Positions 33,304-45,344 are shown, counted from the whole stretch's first letter. The stretch is 63,146 nt of DNA, filler included, from Malassezia furfur (GCA_052055015.1; 12 parts of 12 records of this genome joined end to end with filler, not necessarily neighbours in it), one strand, 5' to 3'. The notes: generated by a model not told the origin, from the letters alone. Numbers and translations: made by a program.

Positions 33304-35930
33304 TTACTCCTCGTCGTCCTCCGGCGAGGGGTTTCGCACCACGAGGCGCGCAGGCGCATCCTCGACCGAGGCCGTCTCGGCCTCGTACATGCCGCCGACG
33401 CTGTGCATCGGCTGCTGCGACGAGGTGTGTGTGCTCGTCGTGGGCGGCGCCGCGGGCGCATCGTTGGCCGTCCCGGCAGGGAACCACGCGCTGCTGAGGG
33501 CCGGCGGATCCCACTCGCCGTGCTCGAGCTGCGTGTCGCTGTGGTCGTGCTCGGTGTCGGCAAACGGCACCTTGGAGCCGGCGTGCGTCTCGGGGGAGGG
33601 GTGGCCAAACTGGACAAGCTGTGCGGGCTCGTGCGCCGCGGGGAACTCGCCGCCGGGCGCAGCCGTCTTGGCGTCGGACACCACCGGCGCCGAGGGACCG
33701 GCGACGTACGGCGGCGAGACGTCGTCGGACGCGCGCGCCGCGGCCGGAGGCGTGTACGACGGCTGCGACACGGGCGCCGGAGGGGTGGACACCGCCTGCG
33801 ACCCCGGCGCCGCCGACGCACCGTATGCGGCCTGCGACACCGGCGGGGCCGCGGAGGTGTACGTGTGGGTGCCCGGGACCACGGCGCCGAGCGCAGGCGG
33901 GGCGCCGGGCGCCGCCTGGCGGTACGCCAGCGACGAGTCGGGCATCGAAACAAAGTGCGTCGCGTGGCTGTCCGCCTGGCTGCGCGCGAGGTCGTAGTCC
34001 GTGGAGGTGGAGGTGCGCTCCGAGGGCTGCGCGGCGCGCTCCGCCACCGCCGGATCCGAGGCGGGGGGCGTCGCGTCGCTCCCGAACGGGTTCTGGTACG
34101 CGGCGACGGGCACCGCCGACGAGCCGGCGTCGCTCGCGTACATGTGCGGCGGTGCGCCAGGCACCGACTCGTACAGCGGGCGGTTGTAGCTGTACGCCGA
34201 GTCCGTCGGCACGTTGGCGTACGCACCGCGGCTCGAGTCCATCGACGCGGCCGGCCCGCGCGAGTAGTACTCCATCGCATTCTCGCGCGCGCCGAGGTCG
34301 CTGCCGTACGGGTCGTCCGCAAGCGAGGGGTACGTACGCGGCAGCTCCGTGCTCGCATAGTGGTTCGGCGCATGGTAGCCCGGCGACTCGTAGTACGACT
34401 GGGGGGCCGCCGCGTCTGGCTCGTAGTAGGGCTGCGCGGCGGCCGTAGCGTCAGTCGAGTAGGGGTACGGCACAGCCTCCATGTGCGTCTGGGGGTAGTG
34501 TGCCGCCGCCTCGTTCATCTCGTCGTCGTCGTCGTCAAACGGCGTCCGCGTCGTGGCGGCCGCCGCCGAGGCAGCCGCGACCACATCGGCGTCCATGCGC
34601 TTGGCCTTGTGCCGGCGGTACAGGAACCAGCCCAGCGCCGCAATTAGGCCCACAGCCACGATACCGACGGCCGCAAACGTACCGCCCACCGCGCCATGGT
34701 CGTGCCAGTAGCTGTTGGCGTCCGCATCGTCGTTGCTCAGCTGGCCCTTGGGGTGCAGCGTCACGGTGCTGAGCACCACCGACGTGGTCGGTGTGCCGTT
34801 GGTGGTGAAGACGTACAGGCTCGTCGAGGTCGACAGCTCGTCGGACAACGAGCTGTTGCCGGCGCTGCCCGTAGGGGCAATCACGCCGCTCGAGGCGCCG
34901 CTCGCACCGCTCGTGGGGCCGGACGAGCTGCTGCCGCTGCCGCCACTGCTGCTGCCGCCGCCACTGCTGCCGCCGCCACTGCTGCTGGCACCGCCACTGC
35001 TGCTGGCACCGCCACTGCTGCTGGCACCGCCGCCGCCGTTGCTGCTGCCGCTGCTGCTGCTGCTAGCACCGCCGCCGCTGCTGCTGCTGCCGCTGCTGCT
35101 GCTGCTAGCACCGCCGCCGCTGCTGCTGCTGCCAGCACCGCCGCCGCTGCTACTGCCGCTCGAGCTCGCGCCGCCCGACGAGCCACCCGAGCTGCTGTTG
35201 CCGCCATTGTCACTCGAGCTCGACGGGCTGTCGCTCGAGGAGTTAGACGTCGGGCCAGCGTCGGAGCTGGTGCTTCGGCCGCCGCCGCCGCCGCCGCCGT
35301 TGCTGCTCCTGGACGACGCATCGTCGGAAGTGGGCGACGCATCGTTCGACGACGATGCATCGTCGTTGGACTGGGAGGAGTTGCCGCCGCCGCCGCCGCC
35401 GCCGCCACGCGACGACGACGCATCGTTGTCGCTTGACGTGGGGCCGGCGTCACTGGAGCGCGACGTCTCGGGATCACTGCCGGTCAGCACATGCTCAAGG
35501 GTGGCGGCGACATGCCGTGCGCACGCCGCCACAGCCAACATACCTGGTAGGCGAGTCAGCAGACGAGGAGGAGTCCATTCGACGAGAAGACGACGAGGTG
35601 GTTGGGTCAGAAGACGACGAGGACCGGCTGGATCGCTCGGAAGTCGACGTCGATGAAGACGTGGAGGAGTCAATGGTGGACGAGCTCTCACGAGAGGAGC
35701 TGGACGAAGAGGTTTCCGCAGACGTGCTCGTGCGAGACGACGTGGTGCGAGAAGTCGACGAGCGCGACGAGGTGCGGCTGGTGGAAGAATCAGAACGCTC
35801 GGATTCCGACGAGCTGGAGCGGGAGGAGGTGTTGGAGCTGCGCGACGATGTGGACCTGGTTCCGGAGGATGAACTGGTGCCAGAGTCTGCTCGGTCAGCG
35901 TCTTGTCACAAGGGGCACCCACGTACCCAT
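33304..35930 (-). CDS. Ser/Thr/Gly-rich single-pass membrane protein (Mid2/Wsc/signalling-mucin-like), 3 exons
   Basis: ATGG | intron 35887-35926 | Ser/Thr-rich exon | intron 35477-35543 | Gly/Ser-rich region, TM GAVGGTFAAVGIVAVGLIAALGWFLYRRHK, then a Pro/Tyr-rich cytoplasmic tail. Confidence 0.72.
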
Positions 35931-36081
35931 GAACCGCTGCGCGCAAAATGGGCCAGCGGTCGGCGCGACAAACAAAGGGCGACCGCGCCCTCGGCGCGCG
36001 CGTGGCAGGCCGCCCCGGAAATCCGGTGCATCACGTGGCAAGGGCGCCCAATCGATGGGGAATGTTCGATGCGCGATCGGG

Positions 36082-37055
36082 CTATCGGCGTTTGTACAGA
36101 CACGGTTTGAGCACCGACGCGCCCCGCGCGACGAGCTGCTGCTGCGCAGCGCGGGCCTGTGCGGCGCTGTGGACCGAAGCGCGCAGCGCAGGCGGATCTA
36201 CCTCTGCGGACGGCAGTGTGTCATCCTCCGCTTGCGGCGTGCGCACCTCGATCCGCTTTGTGAATTTGAACAGGACAAAGTGGGTATTGCGGGTATCGGC
36301 CCAGTCCAAGTGGAAGCCCAGCGCGCCGACGAGCGACACAAACGCGTCGGTAGACCCCGTAGACCCAAGCCGGCTCGCAACCTCCGCAATGATCAGCTCG
36401 CCATCGACACGCAGCACGCGCCATGCCTCGGCGAGCATCTCGACCCAGTTGGTGCCCATCAGGCTCAGGCAGAACACCACGACGTCGGCCATCGCCGGCA
36501 TCGGATCAGGCACGGGCGCCCACGCAAGGCCGAGCGGCATCGCGACGCCAGGGAGCGGCAGGGCATGCACCTGCGCCGCATCCACGCCACGCACCCACCC
36601 GTCCGGTGTGTCGAGCAGGTCGTACGACAAGACGTGTAAGCCGGACGGCGCAAGTTTTTGCGCTAGACCCGCCTCGCCAGCGCCGACGTCGACGACGAGT
36701 GCGCCAGGCAGGTGGGATGCCCGCGTCTCGTGCGTCTGCTTCTTGCGCCGCACGTCGAGCAGCAAATCGGCGATGCGGTCCACCGGGTTGGTCGGCCACT
36801 TGCGTACCTGCTGACGGAACCCGTCGTGGTACTCGTCAAACAGGTGCGGCTCGGCAAGCATGAATCGGCGCGCTTCCTGCGACGCATTCGTGTACAGCCG
36901 CTCGTTGATCGAGCGGAACCGCGCGCCCTTGAGGCTGTTGAGCATCGACGACTGCAGTGCCGTCAGCGGAGCCGAGCTGGGCTGGGGCTTGCTTGAGGTG
37001 TCTTGCGTGGCGCTAGGGAGCGGCGCCTCGGGCGCCGGCGCGCGGAAAGTAAACG
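36082..37055 (-). CDS. RRP8: 25S rRNA m1A methyltransferase Rrp8, 5'-truncated
   Basis: LKGARFRSINERLYT, YHDGFRQQVRKWPTNPVD, DVGAGEA, VFCLSLMGTN, LKPCLYKRR. Confidence 0.93.
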
Positions 37056-37155
37056 NNNNNNNNNNNNNNNNNNNNNNNNNNNNNNNNNNNNNNNNNNNNT
37101 TAATTAATTAANNNNNNNNNNNNNNNNNNNNNNNNNNNNNNNNNNNNNNNNNNNN

Positions 37156-39075
37156 GGCCTCGGTCTGTGCGGGCACAGCGCGCGCGAGCGTCCACGGCAC
37201 CCATGCGAGGCGCAGGCGCGCGGCCTCCGCGGCGATCTCTGGCGCGGCCGGCGCACCGCGCGCGAGGTACGCCAGCATGTCCGCGTCGCGTGCACCGTGC
37301 GGCGTCCAGGCCGCAGCAAACGCGGGCAACGGGTCGGGCGCCTCCGCCCCGAGCTGCAGCTGTGCGACGCTCAGCGCACGCAGCGCCACGTACAGCGCCT
37401 CGGACACCACCGTGCTGCTCGGCACGCGCGGCGCCGCTGGGGCCTTGCGCGCGGCATCACACGCCGCGTCGACCACGACGCCTGTCCAGCGCACTTCCAG
37501 CGCGGCGTGGAGCTCTGCGAGACGTGCGGACCACGTTGCGCCACTCGCCTGCAGACGCGGCGCGACCGACGTCTGGAGGCGCGCACATAGCCGAAGTAAG
37601 TACACGAGAGAGGGCGCATCGTCGCGCGCTGCGTCGCCCAGGCGCGCCACGAGCGCCTCGCATGTCCGCGCGAGCGGCTCGGTGGCGACGCGGCCGTATG
37701 CCTCGGCGTGCCGTGCGGCGTGCACGAGCCGCGTTTCGAGCAGCGCTGCGGCGTCGAGCGGCGCGGGCGTCGGTGGGAATACGGGCGGCGGCCCCTGCGC
37801 AGCGGCCTCGAGACCGGCACGCACGGCATCCGCAAACGCCTCTACCGTCGCGCGCAGCAGCTGCTCGACGAGCTGCATCGCGCGCGCATCGAGCAGCGCC
37901 TCGACGCGCGCCTCGAAGGCGTCGAGCGGCGCGTCGAGCGGCGCATGCGTGCGGTCAGCGTGCACGGCCGTGTGCAGTGCCGTACGGCACGCCGCAATCG
38001 CGTCAAGGTCGCCGGCCGTGTCCAGCACGGCCGACAGCGTCGCGAGCTCGGAGGCGGCCTGCTCGCTCCATGCAGCACACGCCGCGTCGACGTCCGCAGC
38101 CGTAGGGCACGCGGCATCGTTCGGCGGCGTCACACGCACGACTGCCTCGGGCAGGTGCGCATACGCATCGGTGGCGCGCGGCGCGAGCAGCGGTGCGCCC
38201 AGCGCATACAGGCGCGACGTTGCGGCCTGCTCGCCGAGCGCTTCGAGTGTCGTGTGCAGCGCACTGCCGCGGTCGCCGCGCGGCGCAAACACGGCGTAGG
38301 TATGTGCGAGCGTCGTGGCAACGCATACGGCAACCGCGTGCACCGTCTCGCGCGCGTCGTGTGCCGGCGCGCGGAGCAGCGTGCCGAGGTAGGCAGAGCG
38401 CTGCCGGTGAAAGCGCACCAGCGCCTCGGCAGGCGCCGTGGCGCGTAACACGACGAGCGCCACGGACGAAGCAAGGACACCACCCGCAGGTGCATCGGCG
38501 AGGCGCGCATCGGCACACGCCGCGACCTCGGCGGCGCTCTGCATGAGCGCTGCATGGGCGCTCTGCGTCTCGGGCAGGCCGGGCACCTCGGGTGCATGCT
38601 GTACGAGGTAGGCGTGCGCGGCGCGGCCGACGCATACGCCCCATGCGGCCTGTAGCAATGCGCCGTGCTGCAGTGCGGCATCGGCAAGCGCGGGCGCGTC
38701 GAGGAGCAGCAGAGCACACGCGCGCGTCGCCTGCGCCGGGCACGCCGGCCGCGTGCGTGCGGGCAGGGCAGCGGCGCGGTCTGCTGCCTGTGCGCTGTGC
38801 CGATCGACGTCGGCGTGCAGCGTAGTGAGCGTGCCGCGCAGCGTGGTGAGCGACGTGTTCATGTGGACGACGGTGTGCGCGACGTCGAGCAGCGCCTCGT
38901 AGCGCCCGCCGACGAGCGCTCGCGCGGCGCGCTGCTTGTCTTCCGCGAGGCGTCCGAGTGTCGTGGCAAAGGTATCGAGCTGTGCAACGCTGTCCTGTGC
39001 AAACAGCGTGTCGGCGTCCGTGCGGAGCGCGTCCGGCACCGACAGCCCCGGCGCGTCCGCCCGCGGCGCGGTCAT
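37156..39075 (-). CDS. COG1: Tethering complex subunit with Vps51/Vps67 N-domain (Cog1-like), 3'-truncated
   Basis: DADTLFAQDSVAQL...AEDKQRAARALVGGRYEALLDVAHTVVHM. Confidence 0.65.
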
Positions 39076-39112
39076 TGTGGAGGGGACACAACCTACGGCG
39101 CCGCCTACGGGA

Positions 39113-39911
39113 TTACATGATGCCGCAGCACGAGTCTGGGTGAGCGTGCGCTGGGACGTACTTTGCTTGCGCGCCGACTTGTAGAACATCTTGCTCTGCT
39201 GGCTGAGCGAGCCGCTCTTTTCCACGAGCTTGTCGAGGTCCTCGCCGCGCTGCAGGACCGAATCGATGGTGTTGTGCTGCGTGAGCTTCCTGGACCTACC
39301 AGCACGATCTTGGTGTCGTCGAGCTCCTGCTGCACGCGCAGGATCGTGTCGGCCTGGCGCGGGTCTTGGTAGCGTGCGAGGTACTCCTGCGCCTGCGGGA
39401 ACTCGCTCGACTTGACGATGCCCTCGCCCTTCGACGGGATGTTGCCGCTAAGCGCGAGGTTGTTCGCCTGCGTCTGCCAGCTGGTCTTGGAAACCTTGAT
39501 CATAAACTCCTCCAGCAGCTTGTTCAGCAGCGAGAAGGCGACGCGCACCGGGTACTCGCTGTCCGAGATCAGCACACCGCTCACGCCATCGATCGCCGGG
39601 CGCGCATGCACGTGCGCCGTGAACTGGTTCTCGGACACGGACTGGCGCTGCGTGGGCGAGGTGCGCTCGGCGACCGTCTGTGTAAGTAGGTGCCCGGGTG
39701 CGGCGCGACACGCACCTTGGCCATGAACGCCATCATGTCCTGCACCGTTCCGCGCTGGATCCACGAAAAGGAGTTGAGGTCCCATGCACTCAGCAGCAGC
39801 ACGGCCGGCTGGCCGGGCTGCGTCGCAAAGATGAGCACCGAAACTGGGTTAGGCGCGCGCGCGCTACGTACACAGCTTCCTGCGGTCAGTCGCGCCTCGC
39901 TCCACCTACAT
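39113..39911 (-). CDS. YKT6: Longin R-SNARE Ykt6, 6 exons
   Basis: Spliced protein MKLFSVLIF...DLNSFSWIQRG...YPVRVAFSLL...YQDPRQAD...[30 protein letters not shown]...KQNSCCGIM*. Introns 39880-39909, 39844-39871, 39678-39715, 39277-39299, 39136-39161. Confidence 0.93.
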
Positions 39912-39983
39912 GTTGGTTGCGTGCTGGCGGCTCGCGACAACCCGTGACCCGATCGGCGCACGATCGGGGGCTTCTTCCCCGCC

Positions 39984-41534
39984 ATGACTGCTGCAACGTC
40001 GCGTGCACGGATCGTGCAGTTTGTGCTGGCGGCGCTTGTCGCGCTGTTTGCGTTGAAGGTGTATGAGCTGCGCAACTCGATCATGATGATGCACACTTCG
40101 ACACGCACGCGCTTCCCGGGCTTCTATGTGCGCACGCAGCCGCACGAGCTCGGTACCGTGCGCTGCCGCAACGTGCGTGGTCCCTACGTTCCCGACGCAC
40201 GCGCGTACTCCGTGGACCCTGCGACGCACCAGGCAGCACAGACCACCGACTCGTGCGAGGACGTGCGCATGTCGACGCTGCTCGGCATCGCCGTGATCTC
40301 GTGCGACCCGGGCCGCGTCAAATGGAACGCGGTCATGGGTCCGCTCGACGAGCCGCACAAGCGCGGCGCGGTGTGGGTACTCGACTACAAGAACGAGTCC
40401 GCTGAGCCATACATGCTCGCACTTGAAGGCTTCCCCGATGCACACGACTTCCATCCGCTCGGCATGAGCCTGCTCGACCTGTCCGAGAAGCTTGCGCGCC
40501 TCTTCATCGTGAACCACCGCGCGATCGGCAGCACGGTCGAGGTGGTCGATTTGCAGAACGTGCACGGCGTGTGGCGTGCGCGCTATGTGCGCACCCTCTA
40601 CGATACGCTCGGCACGCACGCAGCGAACAGCATCCAGGCGCTCGACCGCAACGAGGTGTTGATTACTAACATGCACACCGCCCAGACACGCACGCCGGCG
40701 CTTACCTACGTTGCCCGCACGCTCGAGCGCCTGTACGGCCCGCGTGCCAAGCGCTTTGCGCACTACCTCGGCGATGCGCGGCACAAGGAACGCGTGCGCT
40801 CTGTCGAGAACGTCGTGGGCGGTGGATGGGTCGCGCACGTCTCGTTTGTCGACGCGGCGCCCGCAAGCACCGACGAGAACCTCGACGCGTGGTCGACGGG
40901 CATCGAGGCGCATGCGGTCGCGCGGCGCATCCCGTTCGCGAACGGCATCGCCATCACGCCCGGCCACCGCTACGTCGTCACGGCGTCCACGGCTCTGCCC
41001 GGCGTGCTTCTCTTCCCGGTGCAGCGCTGGACGGAGCACGGCGAGCCGGACTGGCATGACCCGGCGGTGCTGGGGCAGCGCATCGTTGTGCCGACGCCCT
41101 TCTTTGCAGACAACGTCGAGGTGGTCCCGCCGAAGCCTGCGCAGCGCATCCGCGCCGATGACCCGCTCGCAGGCGCCAAGGTGGTCGTTGCAGGCCACCC
41201 GTCGCTGCCGGACCTGACCGACATGATGCGCAACATCGGCTCCGAGGAGCACCGCGGCGCAAGCTGGGCGGTCGAGATCGAGTACACGGGCACGAACGCC
41301 GGGGACGACGCTCCGTTCCCCGCGGATGCGCGGCTTGGTGGTCTGCCGCGCGGCTGGCGCGTGCGGACGCTGATGCAGACCGACGGCCGGCCGTATGCGT
41401 ACCTGGGCCGCCGCGTCGAGATGCCCACGAGCTGCGGCGTGGCGTGGGACAACACGGGCGAGGGGCTCGGCACGCTGATCGTCACCGGCCTCTACTCGCC
41501 CGCGCCGCTCGTGTGCCAGGGCGTGTACCAGTAG
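39984..41534 (+). CDS. Paraoxonase/arylesterase-like calcium-dependent lactonase (six-bladed beta-propeller) with N-terminal signal anchor
   Basis: SCEDV, DFHPLGM, FIVNH, ANSI, FANGIA, ADNV, AGHP motifs. Confidence 0.8.
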   Translation: MTAATSRARIVQFVLAALVALFALKVYELRNSIMMMHTSTRTRFPGFYVRTQPHELGTVRCRNVRGPYVPDARAYSVDPATHQAAQTTDSCEDVRMSTLLGIAVISCDPGRVKWNAVMGPLDEPHKRGAVWVLDYKNESAEPYMLALEGFPDAHDFHPLGMSLLDLSEKLARLFIVNHRAIGSTVEVVDLQNVHGVWRARYVRTLYDTLGTHAANSIQALDRNEVLITNMHTAQTRTPALTYVARTLERLYGPRAKRFAHYLGDARHKERVRSVENVVGGGWVAHVSFVDAAPASTDENLDAWSTGIEAHAVARRIPFANGIAITPGHRYVVTASTALPGVLLFPVQRWTEHGEPDWHDPAVLGQRIVVPTPFFADNVEVVPPKPAQRIRADDPLAGAKVVVAGHPSLPDLTDMMRNIGSEEHRGASWAVEIEYTGTNAGDDAPFPADARLGGLPRGWRVRTLMQTDGRPYAYLGRRVEMPTSCGVAWDNTGEGLGTLIVTGLYSPAPLVCQGVYQ

Positions 41535-41654
41535 CGCGGGGTGTGTCCTGTTTGCTACGGCCGCGGCGCTCGCGCCCTTCCCAACCGCGCGTGGGCCCGT
41601 CCCCTGTTCCTTGCATGCATCCCCATATAGCTGAAGAAAAAGGCAGTTACATAA

Positions 41655-42307
41655 CTATACAGTCGGGTATGGCGAGTCTGGCTCGAGCATGGCCTTGGTC
41701 TCTTCCTCCTCGCGGCGGTATTGCTTGTCGGCGATCAGTGCCTCGTACCCGGGGTGGCGGTGGTCCGGGTGTCCCGGCACGATGCGGTTGGTCGGGCTCG
41801 TGGATGCGGCACGGTCGTACGACGCGCTGTGGGGCGATGCGTTGCGTGGCGAGACGCGGTACCGTTCCGGGCTCGCGGGCTCGTCGGGCGCCATCGGCGG
41901 CGAGGTGGCCTTCGCGGCCTCGGCCTCCACATACGCCTCGGCCAGCTCCTCGGCGGCCTCGGGCGCGCCAGGCTCGACGTTGTCGAGCTCGCCCTCGGCG
42001 TTGAGTTCGTCGACGAGTGTGCGGATCCACGGGTGCATGCGTAGCTCGACGGCGGTCGGGCGTGTCGTGGGGTCGATCGTGAGGCACTGCCGCAAAAAGT
42101 CGATGCCGAGCGCCGAGAGCTGCGACTCGTCCGGAAGCGGTGGGTGCTGCTGTGCCATGCCGATGTGGAACATGATGGCCCACTCGTTGTCGAGGTGCGC
42201 CCACGGCCGTGAGCCGGTGGCGCACTCGAGGATGACGCATCCCAGACTCCAAATGTCCATCGCGCCCTGGCGCCCTTCGTGGTTGCCCTTGATCACCTCG
42301 GGGCTCA
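41655..42307 (-). CDS. SSK2: MAP kinase kinase kinase Ssk2/Wis4 family, C-terminal fragment
   Basis: SPEVIKG...GAMDIWSLGCVILECATGSRPWAHLDNEWAIMFHIG. Confidence 0.88.
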
Positions 42308-42407
42308 NNNNNNNNNNNNNNNNNNNNNNNNNNNNNNNNNNNNNNNNNNNNTTAATTAATTAANNNNNNNNNNNNNNNNNNNNNNNNNNNNNNNNNNNNN
42401 NNNNNNN

Positions 42408-43911
42408 GGTCGACCACCTGGAACGTGGGCGCCGCCGGCTCCGTCGGCGGGCGCAGCGACTCGGGCGCACAGATGCGGCCCTCGGCGGCGCTCGCAGCGA
42501 CCACCGCGGGCGACGCAAGGTACGCCAGTGCGTTCGGGCTGCCCATGCGCCCCTTGTAGTTGCGGTTCGTCGCCGAGATGCCCACCTCGCCGTCCTCGAG
42601 CAGACCGACGCCCAGGCCGATGCACGGACCACACCCGGCCGGCAGCGGCTTGGCGCCGGCGGCGAGCAGCGCGCCCCAGTCGCCCGATGCCTCGGCCTCC
42701 TTCTGCGCGAGGCTGCTCGCGGCGCCCAGGTAGAACTCGACGCCGGGCGCCACCTTGCGCCCACGCAGCACCTGCGCCGCCGCCGCAATGTCGGACGCGC
42801 GCGAGTTGACGCACGACACCAGGTACGCCTTCTGGATCGCAATGTTCTCCTTCTCGAGCTCCGCGAGCGGCGTCGAGACCTTGACGCTGTTCGGGCCAGA
42901 GACGTGCGGCGACAGCGTCGAGAGGTCGAGGCGCAGGTGCTTCGCGTAGACGGCGTCCGCGTCGGACGCGAGGCGGTGCTTCTCGAGCTCCGCGAGGCGG
43001 CCCCAGTTCAGCCGGGGGTGCACGTCCGAGCGGCGCGGCGCACTGCCGACGTGGAAGTGCAGCTTGTCCATCTTGCGCAGCAGCTGCTCGTACCAGGTGA
43101 GCGTCGTCTCGTCCACGGGGAAGACGCCGGCGAGCGCGCCCCACTCGGTCGTCATGTTGGCGATCGCCAGGCGCTCGTCGACCGTGAGCGCGCCGACGCC
43201 CGAGCCGGTGAACTCGATCGCGCCGTTGAGCACCTCGTCGTGGTTAAAGTAGCCACACAGCGCCACAATCACGTCCTTGCCCGTGACGCCGGGGCGCAGC
43301 GCGCCGGTGAGCTCGACCTTGATCATCGGCGGGATCTGCCACCACGTCTTGCCGGTCGCCCAGATCGCCGCGGCGTCGGTGCGCACGATCGGCGTGCCGA
43401 CGGCGCCCACGCCGCCGTACATGTTGGAGTGCGAGTCGGAGGCGACGACGAGCGCCTCGGGGAATGCGTAGCCCTCCTCCACGAGCACCTGGTGTCCGAT
43501 GCCGCGGCCTGCGGGGTAAAAGTCGACGCCCTGCTCGCGCGCAAACTGCTCGATGCGCTTGTACTTCTCGAGGTTCTTGGCCGTCTTGTTCTGCACGTCG
43601 TGGTCCAGCGTGAACACCACCTGGTCCTTGTTGCGGATCTGCTTCGCGCCGATCGAGCGGAACTTGCTGATGACCGGGCCCGTATTGTCGTGCGTCATGA
43701 CGGTCGCGGGCTGGATCGAGACGTAGTCGCCCGACTGCACCTTCACCGCGGGGTCCCAGTCCACGGCGTACTTCTGCACGACCTTTTCGATGTAGGTCTG
43801 GGGCGTGGCCCGCTGCGCACTCGCCACAAAGCCGCGCGCGGCTCCATAGCACATGTACGCTGCGGGACGCACTGCACGCACACGCTGCATCCGTTGCACA
43901 CCCACGAGCAT
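42408..43911 (-). CDS. LYS4: Mitochondrial homoaconitase, 3'-truncated
   Basis: [58 protein letters not shown]. Confidence 0.93.
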
Positions 43912-43997
43912 GGTGCTTCGTACGCGGCGGCGGTTTCTTCGCACGCGCTCCGCCGCTCGCCGAGGGCCGATTGGTCAGCACCCGATCCAGATCGCCG

Positions 43998-44004
43998 TGA
44001 CTCA
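43998..44004. promoter_or_regulatory. Gcn4/CpcA (AP-1) binding site TGACTCA in the LYS4-ILV5 bidirectional promoter
   Basis: gTGACTCAt lies centrally between two amino-acid biosynthetic genes, with a reverse CCAAT (attgg) at about 43970. Confidence 0.7.
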
Positions 44005-44096
44005 TATCGCTCGGCCGACTACCCCGTGGCCGAAGAAGAAGCGCTGGGCCGGGGGGAGCCGCGCAGGAGCCGACCTTCTCGCTTCGATTGACAGTT

Positions 44097-45302
44097 ATGC
44101 GTCCCACTACCCTCTCCCGCACCGGCCTGCGGTCGGCCACGCGCGCCGCTGCGCGCCAGACCGCGCCTGCTGCGCGCCCCATGAGCGTGCTCGCGGCCCG
44201 CGCCGTGCGCCCCGCCGCAGCCCGCGCCGCGGCGATGCCGTCGATGGCGCGCGCCTACCAGACGCTCGACTTTGCCGGCACCCCGGAAAAGGTGTACGAG
44301 CGCTCCGACTGGCCGCTTGAGAAGCTCCACGAGTACTTCAAGAACGACACCTTTGCGCTGCTCGGCTACGGCTCGCAGGGCCACGGCCAGGGCCTCAACC
44401 TGCGCGACAACGGCCTGAACGTCATCGTCGGTGTCCGCAAGAACGGCGAGTCGTGGCGCCAGGCGATCGACGACGGCTGGGTGCCCGGCAAGAACCTGTT
44501 CAGCATCGAGGAGGCCGCCGAGAAGGGCACCATCCTCATGAACCTCCTGTCGGACGCCGCGCAGACGGCCACCTGGCCGGAGCTCAAGAAGTACGTCGTG
44601 AAGGGCAAGACGCTCTACTTCTCGCACGGCTTCTCGATCGTGTACAAGGACCAGACCTCGGTCATCCCGCCGACGGACGTCGACGTGATCCTGTGTGCGC
44701 CCAAGGGCTCGGGCCGCACCGTCCGCACCCTGTTCAAGGAGGGCCGCGGCATCAACTCGTCCGTCGCCGTCTTCCAGGACGTGTCCGGCCACGCGCTCGA
44801 GAAGGCGGTCGCCATGGGCATCGCCGTCGGCTCGGGCTACGTGTACGAGACGACCTTCGAGAAGGAGGTGTACTCGGACCTGTACGGCGAGCGCGGCTGC
44901 CTGATGGGCGGCATCCAGGGCATGTTCAAGGCGCAGTACGACGTGCTCCGCGCCAACGGCCACTCGCCGTCCGAGGCGTTCAACGAGACCTGCGAGGAGG
45001 CGCTCGAGTCGCTCTACCCGCTCATCGCCCAGAACGGCATGGACTACATGTACAAGGCGTGCTCGACCACCGCGCGCCGCGGCGCGCTTGACTGGGCGCC
45101 CGAGTTCGAGAAGGCGTGCCGCCCGGTGTTTGAGCGCCTGTACGAGAGCGTGCGCAACGGCAGCGAGACGCGCCGCGCGCTCGAGTTCGGCTCGCGCAAG
45201 ACCTACCGCGAGGACTACGACAAGGAGACGGACGCCATCGCCGACCAGGAGATGTGGCGCGTCGGCCACGTCGTCCGCGGCCTGCGCCCCAACCGCAAGT
45301 AA
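44097..45302 (+). CDS. ILV5: Mitochondrial ketol-acid reductoisomerase
   Basis: GYGSQGHGQGLNLRDNG, FSHGFS, APKGSGRTVR, SDLYGERGCLMG. Confidence 0.97.
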   Translation: MRPTTLSRTGLRSATRAAARQTAPAARPMSVLAARAVRPAAARAAAMPSMARAYQTLDFAGTPEKVYERSDWPLEKLHEYFKNDTFALLGYGSQGHGQGLNLRDNGLNVIVGVRKNGESWRQAIDDGWVPGKNLFSIEEAAEKGTILMNLLSDAAQTATWPELKKYVVKGKTLYFSHGFSIVYKDQTSVIPPTDVDVILCAPKGSGRTVRTLFKEGRGINSSVAVFQDVSGHALEKAVAMGIAVGSGYVYETTFEKEVYSDLYGERGCLMGGIQGMFKAQYDVLRANGHSPSEAFNETCEEALESLYPLIAQNGMDYMYKACSTTARRGALDWAPEFEKACRPVFERLYESVRNGSETRRALEFGSRKTYREDYDKETDAIADQEMWRVGHVVRGLRPNRK

Positions 45303-45344
45303 GCCATAGTAGGCCCCGCGGTCCTGATAGCCGCGTGACCGACC

